Source: Burkholderiales bacterium
Lineage (GTDB): Bacteria; Pseudomonadota; Gammaproteobacteria; Burkholderiales; SHXO01
Length of the DNA stretch: 64,000 nt
Direction of reading: 5' to 3'
NCBI GenBank assembly: GCA_036787045.1
Contig: DAIQQA010000001.1
Location: 40,167-104,166 of the forward strand
Shown here piece by piece: positions 17,078 to 25,021 of this stretch. The notes below the pieces were generated by a model. It ran no database searches. It saw nothing but the letters and a program-made list of their open reading frames with translations, and was not told the origin of the DNA. The number at the start of each line of letters is the position of its first letter. Positions within the stretch are counted from its first letter, which is position 1. The translations under genes and the position numbers were made by a program.

Positions 17078-18586
17078 TCAGAAGGTCTTCATATGCTCCA
17101 CCAGCGCGTCCTTGTCCGCCGCCGGTAGCGCCGTCCCGTAAGGGCGGCCCTCGTGCCCGCGGTTCGAGTTGCCGGGCACCGCAGTGTCGAACAGGAAATG
17201 CATGCGCCGGCCTTCCGAGGGGACATCCGACACGAAGCCCACGCGCTTCTGGTCGTACACGTCGTAGCCCCGGTAGAACGCTTTCGGCCGTTGACTGGCC
17301 GGTTCGAGCAGATCGCGCAGAGTGGGCACGGATCCGTTGTGCAGGTAAGGCGCGCGCAGCCAGACGCCATCCAGTGGCATGTTGGCGTAGCCGAAGGTCT
17401 TGCGGAAGTGCTTGAACCGGTGCTCCTCGTACCCGGTGTAGAGCTGCGCCTGGTTGGCTGCAAGCTCATAGGTGTACGAATCGAGACGGCCCCGGTCGGT
17501 GCCGATCTGCTCGATCGCCGTGACCTTCCCAACCCGATCGCCGCCGAAGTCCCGGCCCGTGGCGCCATGACAGCCGCTGCAATACTCGGCATAGATCTGC
17601 GCGCCCCGCCGCGCCTTTGCTTCGTCCACCGGGAAAGGATAAGCGGGCGGCGCCAGGTCGAGCAGCCAGTCCTCGATGCGATCCAGCGCGGCGTGATCGA
17701 TCGTCGGTGGTGTGGTACCCGCGCCGAAGGCAGCGCTCAGGTTGCGCTCCTCGACCTTGACGTTGTTGCCGTCCCAGTGCAGCTGCATATGCGCGTCCTT
17801 GCGCGGCCGCTGCAGCCAGATCGACGGGAAATCGCTCGGGCCCTTGAGCTCGTGCTCCGGGATCTGATCCATCGGGAAGTTGAAGATGGCCTTGGCGAAG
17901 TTGAAGGTATCCACCCGGCCCGGTCCCCAGGGCGCTTCCCGCCCGGCGAAAGAGAACCGCGCGTCCAGCATGCGGATGCGGTCCTGCATCAGAAACACCG
18001 CGAGCGGGTAGACGATGTAGCGGTCGATCAGGTCGAGCTCGCCGCCCGCGCGCTCGACCTCGGCGATCACCCGCTTGGGCGTGAACTTGCTGTCCTGCGC
18101 GCAGGCGAAGAAGAAGTTCTGGAAGCTCATCACGTCGAACAGGTTTGCCGGCATCCCCAGCAACAACCGGGGCTCGCTCTCCGGCGTCTCCCGCACGGTG
18201 CTCGTGTGACATACCGAGCAGTTCAGGAACACGCGATCCAGGCCGAGCACACGCCGTTTCGATACACCTACAGGCAGGTCCTTGTCCGCCTCGTACAGCA
18301 GCCCCAGCGACCGGTACCCCTCCCCCGGCAGCTTGTCTGCGCACAGGCCGGGGAGCGCCTGCCAGATCCAGTAGGGAAATCCGGATTCGCGCTCGCCGCC
18401 GAGCGACCCATACTTGAAATGCTCCGCGATGTCGGCGTACGTCACCGGCCGGTCGGTGCCGAAGCGGTTCGCCAGATACACGACCGCGGCCACGCTGATC
18501 AGCGCCAGCACCACCAGAATGCGCGCGACCCATCTCACCAACCGTCGTCCAGGATGCGACTGCCTCGGTTCCACGTCGGTCTCCAT
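17078..18586 (-). CDS. Membrane-anchored dihaem c-type cytochrome, CCP/MauG-like C-terminal half (paralogue 1)
   Basis: N-terminal TM anchor (ILVVLALISVAAVVYL). Motifs are CSVCH and CSGCH, with WLRAPYLHNGSVPTLRDLL and C-terminus GHEGRPYGTALPAADKDALVEHMKTF. It aligns end to end with the 15582-17051 product. Confidence 0.85.
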   Translation of the reverse strand: METDVEPRQSHPGRRLVRWVARILVVLALISVAAVVYLANRFGTDRPVTYADIAEHFKYGSLGGERESGFPYWIWQALPGLCADKLPGEGYRSLGLLYEADKDLPVGVSKRRVLGLDRVFLNCSVCHTSTVRETPESEPRLLLGMPANLFDVMSFQNFFFACAQDSKFTPKRVIAEVERAGGELDLIDRYIVYPLAVFLMQDRIRMLDARFSFAGREAPWGPGRVDTFNFAKAIFNFPMDQIPEHELKGPSDFPSIWLQRPRKDAHMQLHWDGNNVKVEERNLSAAFGAGTTPPTIDHAALDRIEDWLLDLAPPAYPFPVDEAKARRGAQIYAEYCSGCHGATGRDFGGDRVGKVTAIEQIGTDRGRLDSYTYELAANQAQLYTGYEEHRFKHFRKTFGYANMPLDGVWLRAPYLHNGSVPTLRDLLEPASQRPKAFYRGYDVYDQKRVGFVSDVPSEGRRMHFLFDTAVPGNSNRGHEGRPYGTALPAADKDALVEHMKTF

Positions 18587-18635
18587 TGGTTGTGCGCTGA
18601 CCCGATGTCATGCGCTCTGCGCGGTGCGGCCGAGG

Positions 18636-20897
18636 TCAGTCGACCGCTGCCGCGGTCGACTGCGCCAGGCAGGGTCGCAGGCTCTCGTAGCCGCCGGCCA
18701 GGTGCTTCCCCAGTTCGGGAGGCTGCCCGGATTCCGCTTCCAGCAGCGCTTCCACCTGCTGCACCAGTGCGGTGAGGTCGCTGCTGCGTTGCCAGTCGTC
18801 GCTGCCGAGCCCGTGTGGACGCAGAGCCAGCACCGGGGGCATCGGCGTTTTCGCGCGCTGCGCCGCGGGCACGCGCCACATGCTGAGACGCGCATAGATC
18901 CGGGGCGCGCAGTGCGCGATCTTTGCTTCGACCTCCTCGAGCGTGCTGCCGTCGAGGAAGTTCGGCGGAGTGAGTTCCCGCGTGCGGTGGCACGACGCAC
19001 AGTACGCGTAGAAGCGGTCCAGGCGCGCGACCGGTGCGCTGTGCGACTCGGCCGTCGCGCGCACCGCCTCGGTTTCGGCGGGCGGAAGGTTCCCAGCCTG
19101 CGTACAGCACCAGTCTCGCGCCGCGAACCCCAACGCTTCGAACAGAGCAGCCAGGCTGGGCGCGCGCCGGAACGGCTTCGCGGAGAACACGTCGCTGCGA
19201 CCGGCCACAGTGCTGCGATGGAGGTCCGCGACCGCAGCGGCCACAGGCCCGAACTCGTCTCGCAGGTTGGCGCGCACCTCTCCGCGCTCCCCGGACCAGG
19301 ACATGCTCAGCCGGGTGATCGCTTCGCCACGGTGGGTACGCGCACTCAGCCCGCGCCGGCCGAGCCGGAGATCGGCCCTGCCGCCGGAGGATCCTGCCGC
19401 GACGGTCCCGTCCAGGATCTGCAGCGCGGCAAGTGGTCCTGCGCCGGACAGGGTCATACCTTCGATCGAGCCACGCTCCACGCCGCCGGCATGCGCATAG
19501 AGCCGGCCGTGCAGGCTCAAGGGCTGGTCCTGCCCGCAACGGACGGTGAGCCTGATCCGGCCTGCTTCGACCGCCTTGCGTGCAAAGTCGCAGCGCGCAC
19601 GCACCTGGCGTACCGGTGCTCTGCGAGCGTGTGTGCTGAGATGCCGGTCGATCTCGCGCACGTCGCGCTCGCTGAAGAACTCGGACAAGCCGCGCACCAG
19701 CCGGTCGAGGTCGGCCGGGTTCGAATGCCGCCAGGTCTCCAGCGGCGCACGCGGGACCAGGGGATCGAAGGGCGCTGCCACGTCGACCGCCGAACCTGCG
19801 ACGCGCGCGACTCCCGTCTCCTCGCCCGCAAGCGGATTGCGGTTCGGGATGTCGGGATCTGGGATGAGCAGTCCCGCGGGCCAGAGCACCTTCCAACTCT
19901 GTGTCAGGCGCGTAAGATAGGCCAGCCGGTAGGCCTCGCTCGCGCGATCGAACTGCGCCGAATCGGTCAGGCGATACTGCAGAGCGAGCATGAAGGCAGC
20001 GGCGCGACATTCGGCTCCGGCACTATCGTCGGGTCCGCAGCCGCGCTGCCACAACAGTTGATAGGCGGCGAGCCGATTCGCCCGGTCGGTCGCGTTGTCC
20101 ACCGCGTAGGGCTCGTCGACCCCGCGCTGGACCGGCACGCCGTAGAGCTTGCTCCCATGCGCCGCCAGGCGTTCCTGCACGCGCGGGTTCGCGTTGGTCT
20201 CGTCCCATTGTTGGCGCGAGAAAATCGGCGCGTGGTTCTGATGGCAGGCGATGCACACGGTGCGGTTCGCATAGAGCACCCGAGGACGCGCCCCCGGGCG
20301 ATAGTCCTTCACGAGCTGGAACTCGAAGCGGGCGGCTGCTTCGTTGTAGCTGATCACCTCGAGCACGCCGGCGCTCTCCTGGTAGCCGATGTAGAGCCGG
20401 TCCTTCAGCAGCATGCCCGCGCCCCGTCCACGCGCCGGGACCTCGCCGTCCACGGCGATCACACCGCGCGGGAACTCGAAGAAGGCTGTTCCTGCGGCCG
20501 TGCGCTGCAAGGAACGCCCCAGAGGTATGAGCACGTGCTTGACTCCAGGTTTGCCTAGCGCGTCCCGCCCTGCATGCGCCGCCACCGCGTCAATCACGGC
20601 GGAGAACGGGAACGGGACGCGATAGTCGCCACCACGCGAGAACAAGTAGTCGAACAGCGAGCGCCCGACGGGAGGCAGATCGGTTCCGGGTGCGCTCGGG
20701 TCGACTGCCCATACCCCTTCCGTCCGATCGTCGGGGAACTGCGCAGCGTGAGCCGCAGCAAAGCCCTCCGCCAGGGTCACTGCAAACACACACAGCGCCA
20801 GCGCTGCCAATGTCCCATCCCGGGGCGGTGCTCGGTTTGGGTAGCCACGCACGGCTCCGCGGGTAGACCGGACCTCAGCCGGCCACCATCTGAACAC
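18636..20897 (-). CDS. Secreted 753-aa protein with two CxxCH haem-c motifs, otherwise unrecognisable
   Basis: Signal peptide LAALALCVFAVTLAEGFAAAHA-AQ. CIACH lies in the N-terminal third and CASCH near the C-terminus. Third-position GC is high. ATG 20897 overlaps the upstream gene by 23 nt, and an alternative GTG lies at 20852. Confidence 0.75.
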   Translation of the reverse strand: MFRWWPAEVRSTRGAVRGYPNRAPPRDGTLAALALCVFAVTLAEGFAAAHAAQFPDDRTEGVWAVDPSAPGTDLPPVGRSLFDYLFSRGGDYRVPFPFSAVIDAVAAHAGRDALGKPGVKHVLIPLGRSLQRTAAGTAFFEFPRGVIAVDGEVPARGRGAGMLLKDRLYIGYQESAGVLEVISYNEAAARFEFQLVKDYRPGARPRVLYANRTVCIACHQNHAPIFSRQQWDETNANPRVQERLAAHGSKLYGVPVQRGVDEPYAVDNATDRANRLAAYQLLWQRGCGPDDSAGAECRAAAFMLALQYRLTDSAQFDRASEAYRLAYLTRLTQSWKVLWPAGLLIPDPDIPNRNPLAGEETGVARVAGSAVDVAAPFDPLVPRAPLETWRHSNPADLDRLVRGLSEFFSERDVREIDRHLSTHARRAPVRQVRARCDFARKAVEAGRIRLTVRCGQDQPLSLHGRLYAHAGGVERGSIEGMTLSGAGPLAALQILDGTVAAGSSGGRADLRLGRRGLSARTHRGEAITRLSMSWSGERGEVRANLRDEFGPVAAAVADLHRSTVAGRSDVFSAKPFRRAPSLAALFEALGFAARDWCCTQAGNLPPAETEAVRATAESHSAPVARLDRFYAYCASCHRTRELTPPNFLDGSTLEEVEAKIAHCAPRIYARLSMWRVPAAQRAKTPMPPVLALRPHGLGSDDWQRSSDLTALVQQVEALLEAESGQPPELGKHLAGGYESLRPCLAQSTAAAVD

Positions 20898-21744
20898 GCT
20901 GCGTTCCGGGCCAGCAGTCCTCCGCTACGGCACCGGTGCTCTGGAACGCCTCGCCGTCGCGCTTCGCGATCTCCTCGTTGTAGAGCACGAAGTTCAAGAG
21001 GAACACTCGATCCGCATATGCACGGCCGAGATACAGCCCCGGCCGCACCATCCGGATCTCGTCGCGGATGCGCAGCCCGCGGCGGCCCGCGAGGAAGTCC
21101 GGGTTCTCGCGGTATCCCTCGACCTCGTCGCTGAACGCATAGTCGATGACGATCGACTCGCGCCGGCCATCGAGCAGGCTCTGTCCGCAGTAGAGCTTGG
21201 CGGGGAACAGCAGCCAGGCGTCGCGCCCGTTCACCGTGGTCTTCGGCAGCGAGCTGGGCGGGCCGTCGATCAGCGGGCCGAGGAGCGCCAGGTCCTCGAT
21301 CCGGTTGCGCAGGACGCGTTCGTCGCGATAGAAGACCTTACCTTTCCATAGGGTCTTCCCGACGATCTCGAGCTTGCGGCCTTTGAGGTTGACCACGAAG
21401 CCCTTGAGCCCGCCGACGATCTCGGCGAGGCGCCGATCGCCGCTCTCCCCTTTCGGGAAGAACAGGCCGCCATCGAACGCGCCGTCCGGGATCGGTCCGG
21501 CCGTGAGGCGCGCATAAATCTGGTCGATTTGCTCCTGATCGAGGACAGCGAGATTCTCCGGCGTGATCAGAGCGCGCTGTGCCGGGGTCAGCGGATGCTT
21601 ATGCTCCAGGCGCGCGAAGTCGGGCTTGCTGGCGTAATCCGCCCCGTACTCCATGAACGGAATGTCCGGCCCTTTCGGGCCGCAGCCGGTGATCGCCAGC
21701 GTCGCCGCCACTGCGGCATGGATGAACAATCTGCGCATCAGCAT
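20875..21744 (-). CDS. Lipoprotein of unknown function
   Basis: RBS GGAGGG precedes ATG 21744. The lipobox is MLMRRLFIHAAVAATLAITG-C. I recognise no catalytic motif. Confidence 0.75.
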   Translation of the reverse strand: MLMRRLFIHAAVAATLAITGCGPKGPDIPFMEYGADYASKPDFARLEHKHPLTPAQRALITPENLAVLDQEQIDQIYARLTAGPIPDGAFDGGLFFPKGESGDRRLAEIVGGLKGFVVNLKGRKLEIVGKTLWKGKVFYRDERVLRNRIEDLALLGPLIDGPPSSLPKTTVNGRDAWLLFPAKLYCGQSLLDGRRESIVIDYAFSDEVEGYRENPDFLAGRRGLRIRDEIRMVRPGLYLGRAYADRVFLLNFVLYNEEIAKRDGEAFQSTGAVAEDCWPGTQRVQMVAG

Positions 21745-21769
21745 CTGTCGTCCCTCCGCCTCTAGCCGA

Positions 21770-24277
21770 TCAAAGGGTGGCAAGGAACGCCGTGAGAGCG
21801 TTCTTGTCCTGTACCGACAGGTTCTCGCCGAAGCGATGACCTTTGTTCTCGATCAGGTCTGTACAGGAGCTGTAGGCCTCGACCAGCTTCGGCCGTTTGC
21901 GCAGCGTATCGATCAATGCAGCCGGGTTGGCGAGGACTTCTTCGGCGACCTGCGCGATCTCCCCGGCCAGCTCCGGCCCGCGCTTCTTCTCGAGTTGCTT
22001 GCGGTCGAGCTTCGCCAGCACGAGGTCGACGGCGAACTGCTTGTGCTGGAAGTTGCCCAGCGCACCCGCACTGGCCCCTGCCGGCACCGTCACTGTGAAG
22101 CCGAAGAGCTTGCGCTCGTCCTCTCCGTCCATCACCTTCGGTCCGAGATCGAGCACGATGTCGCGATCGAGCTTGGTGATCTTGGGGATGCGCTCCTGCG
22201 GATTCAGCAGCATCCGCATCGACTCCTTGTACAGCTTGAAACGCCCCTCCACAGTCGGGTCATATGCCCAGCAGGCCGGCTGCTGGTTGTCGGGCAGCAG
22301 GCGGTTCTCGCCGTCGACGTACACGGGACGATAGAACTCGTAAGGCCCCTTGCCGCCCCAGCCGCAGATCTCCGGACCCAGCGCATTGTTGTGCATGAAC
22401 GGTGCATGCGCCCACACGCTGAGCAGCGAGATGTTGCGATAGTAGCCGCGACCACCGTCCGAGGGTTCCCGGATCCCGGGAACCTGTGCGCGGGCCCGCA
22501 GGGTCTGCGAGCCGAACTCTTCCCAGACGTGGCCGCTCATGTGGTTGGAATGCAGCGAACGGCAGCGGAAAGTGTCGACCTCGGCCGCCGGCGTGGACTG
22601 ATCGTTGCCCATCCAGTCCTCACGCAAACCGGTCGTCGTGGACACCGCACGGAAGTCCCGATTGCGGAACGGCCCGGCCTTTTCCTCCGGAACGCTGGAA
22701 TGGCAGCGGGCGCATGTCTCGGCGAACACTTCCCTCCCGCGTGCGACCGCACCCGCACCGAACTCGCGCTCCAGATCTTCCACGAGATCGTCGTACTCGT
22801 AGCTGGCCGCGGGTTTCCTGGCCTTCAGCGCATTCGCGCGCGCGACGTGCAGATCGGTTGCGTCGTTCTCCTTGGACAGGAAGAACGCCAGGATGTCGGG
22901 CAGACGATCCTCGATCGCACGGAAGTTGGGGCAATCGCGCCGGCACTGCCCGATACCGAACGGCGTCTGGCCAAAGTTGCGCTGATTGGGATCGACCTGC
23001 CGCAGATCGGTCAGGTGATTCACCCAGCACGCCTCGGCGCAGGAGCCGATGTTGAAGTACACGCGTTGGATTGCGCCGAGCGCACCGATGCTGTCTTCAC
23101 CTCCTTTGAGGATGTGATGCACGGTCTCGGTCTGCTTGCTCTTGCGCCAGCACTTGGTGCTGCGGCCGGGCTCGCACCAGCACGTCTCGCCCTCGACACT
23201 GCTGGCATCGCACGAAGCGACCTTGCGCCAGGCGGTGACCTCCTCGCCTTCGAATACAGGCCGCTGGCTGATGTCGATCAGAGCGTTGATGGTGCCCGGA
23301 TTGTTGACCTGGTCGGTCGGCACTGCCGAGGTGTCGGAGGTGCCGGGGCGCGCATGCGCGAATATCTGCCACTCCGGGCTGTCGACCGGCATGCCCGACA
23401 CCATGATCTCGGAAATGCGCAGGTACTGGTTGCCGATCCCGCCCTTGATGTTGCTCCATTCGGGCCGGGCGGGGTCCTTCGGCGGGTTGAGCGGGTCGAA
23501 GGCAATATGGCAGGAGCCACACGACACGCCGATCAGGAACGGCGGCTCGATTGAGCCGTCGCCGATCCGGCTGGTGCGGCCGTCGGTGGTGGCATCATCG
23601 GACAGCCGGCGTCCGTAGCCGGCCCACGTGCCCACCTTGCCGTCGTTCAACGCCCGCCACTTCTGGGCATCGAAGCGGGGGTTGGGAAACTTGCGATAGC
23701 CGAGCGCTCCGGTCGACGTTCCGAACGCGAGATCGCAGGAGGACTGGCGCTGATCGCCGGGTCCATGCACATCGTTCTGCGCGATGGGCGCGTCCTGGAA
23801 GTCGCAGGCCGGATCGCGATATCCCTCCTTGCCTACGTGTGGCAGCAGCGCCTCGTCGCCGGCGCAGTAGTCGAAGCCGTAGGTTTCCTCCATGCTCCGC
23901 GCCGGGCATCCGGGCGAGCCTGGCGTGCAGCAGTCCGGATCGTTGATCAGGCCCCAGGTCTTGAAGCGCTGAGCACGCTCATCCGCGCGCAGGACCCTGT
24001 ACCAGTCGATCCACACGCCGAGGCGCTGCTGGAACACGTAGGTGTGGAACCGCGCGTTGCCTGCGGTGGCCTTGTACCAGATCTCGCGCCCGGCACGCTG
24101 TGAAGGCGTCAGGCCGCTTTCGCCTAGATAGAAGCCCGATGTCTGGGCCGCGCTGGTTGCCACCGGTGCATCGCGCGCCGGCGCCGATTCGTTGGCGCTG
24201 TCGCGGTCTGACGACAGCGCAACCGACAGGGCCGAAACCAGCACCAGCCCCAAGCTCACAAACACGCCTCGCTTCAT
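21770..24277 (-). CDS. Secreted Cys-rich 835-aa dihaem c-type cytochrome, CCP/MauG/RoxA-like
   Basis: Sec signal peptide (MKRGVFVSLGLVLVSALSVALS). CGSCH is encoded at 23507-23521 and CARCH at 22700-22714. SVWAHAPFMHNNALG follows haem 2, and the C-terminus NKGHRFGENLSVQDKNALTAFLATL matches the two smaller cytochromes. There are more than 20 additional Cys residues. Confidence 0.85.
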   Translation of the reverse strand: MKRGVFVSLGLVLVSALSVALSSDRDSANESAPARDAPVATSAAQTSGFYLGESGLTPSQRAGREIWYKATAGNARFHTYVFQQRLGVWIDWYRVLRADERAQRFKTWGLINDPDCCTPGSPGCPARSMEETYGFDYCAGDEALLPHVGKEGYRDPACDFQDAPIAQNDVHGPGDQRQSSCDLAFGTSTGALGYRKFPNPRFDAQKWRALNDGKVGTWAGYGRRLSDDATTDGRTSRIGDGSIEPPFLIGVSCGSCHIAFDPLNPPKDPARPEWSNIKGGIGNQYLRISEIMVSGMPVDSPEWQIFAHARPGTSDTSAVPTDQVNNPGTINALIDISQRPVFEGEEVTAWRKVASCDASSVEGETCWCEPGRSTKCWRKSKQTETVHHILKGGEDSIGALGAIQRVYFNIGSCAEACWVNHLTDLRQVDPNQRNFGQTPFGIGQCRRDCPNFRAIEDRLPDILAFFLSKENDATDLHVARANALKARKPAASYEYDDLVEDLEREFGAGAVARGREVFAETCARCHSSVPEEKAGPFRNRDFRAVSTTTGLREDWMGNDQSTPAAEVDTFRCRSLHSNHMSGHVWEEFGSQTLRARAQVPGIREPSDGGRGYYRNISLLSVWAHAPFMHNNALGPEICGWGGKGPYEFYRPVYVDGENRLLPDNQQPACWAYDPTVEGRFKLYKESMRMLLNPQERIPKITKLDRDIVLDLGPKVMDGEDERKLFGFTVTVPAGASAGALGNFQHKQFAVDLVLAKLDRKQLEKKRGPELAGEIAQVAEEVLANPAALIDTLRKRPKLVEAYSSCTDLIENKGHRFGENLSVQDKNALTAFLATL

Positions 24278-24410
24278 GGTCCCCCCGGATTGAATCCGGT
24301 TCTCGCGGGCACCGCCTGCACCGGTCTGGTGAACGCGGGTCGCGCGAGAACTCGACTTGCTGCGCTGCGTTTGTCGATCTGCCGCCTGTGCAACGTGGAG
24401 GCACGTCTAC

Positions 24411-24438
24411 TGTATAGCGCCTTCGCCCGTCCGCGCAA
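24411..24438 (-). promoter_or_regulatory. Candidate sigma70-type promoter for the cytochrome operon (-35 TTGCGC, 16 nt spacer, -10 TATACA on the minus strand)
   Basis: Read by eye in the 408-nt non-coding leader. The match to consensus is weak and the call is unsupported otherwise. Confidence 0.2.
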
Positions 24439-24684
24439 GGTGCCGGAAGGAATATGTCCTTGGTATGACGCGAGAAATGCCGCGGCGAAGGCGGACGATC
24501 GCGTGCAACCTCAGCGCTTCATCGGCAGCAGCGAGGCGGTGCACGCCGGGAGTCGGCTGCGCGATTGGGACTGGCGTTCGTACGGGAAGACGGCGCTCGG
24601 CGGATGCACGAGCGGATGCAGATCAGGATGCGAAAGATCGCCGCGGGCAGCGGCGATGCCAGCGCCCGTCAGTCGAGAGCGAAC

Positions 24685-24876
24685 TCAGTGTGCCGGTTTG
24701 ATGCTGACCGGCGCTTCGCCGGTGAGCGCCCGCAGGAGCTGGGTGAGACGGATCTCGCCGTCACGCGCCAGTCCGCTCACCTGCGGCTCGGATTTGGCCT
24801 GCGCACGCGCAGACGCCCGCCGGCCGGCGCCCTGCGCCGTGCGCCGCGTGCTCTGCGTTGCCTTACGCGATTTCAT
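24685..24876 (-). CDS. Small basic protein (63 aa), hypothetical
   Basis: A perfect AGGAGG lies 8 nt upstream of the ATG, and third-position GC is about 80 percent. The sequence is MKSRKATQSTRRTAQGAGRRASARAQAK... with a C-terminal amphipathic segment EIRLTQLLRALTGE. Confidence 0.5.
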   Translation of the reverse strand: MKSRKATQSTRRTAQGAGRRASARAQAKSEPQVSGLARDGEIRLTQLLRALTGEAPVSIKPAH

Positions 24877-25021
24877 GGGTTAATGCCTCCTGCATGCAAT
24901 AGCGGCATGCCGGGCAGCCGACTTTAGCCCGGAACCCGCCGCTCGCCCACGGCCGCGCCCCGGAGCGAGCCCCATGTTGTGTTCGTCCGTCCAGCCGTGA
25001 GGCGGCCGGCGGGCTTGCCGC

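Noticed and set aside
15648-20558. Long plus-strand ORFs (15648-17141, 17153-18775, 18414-20558) opposite the cytochrome genes
   Set aside because: Their products are Arg/Ala/Gly/His-rich with no motifs, signal peptides or RBS. The minus-strand frames carry CxxCH motifs, signal peptides or anchors, RBSs and mutual paralogy. These are typical high-GC shadow ORFs.
21653-23554. 633-aa plus-strand ORF antisense to the 835-aa cytochrome gene
   Set aside because: This is a shadow frame of a well-supported minus-strand gene, and its composition is implausible.
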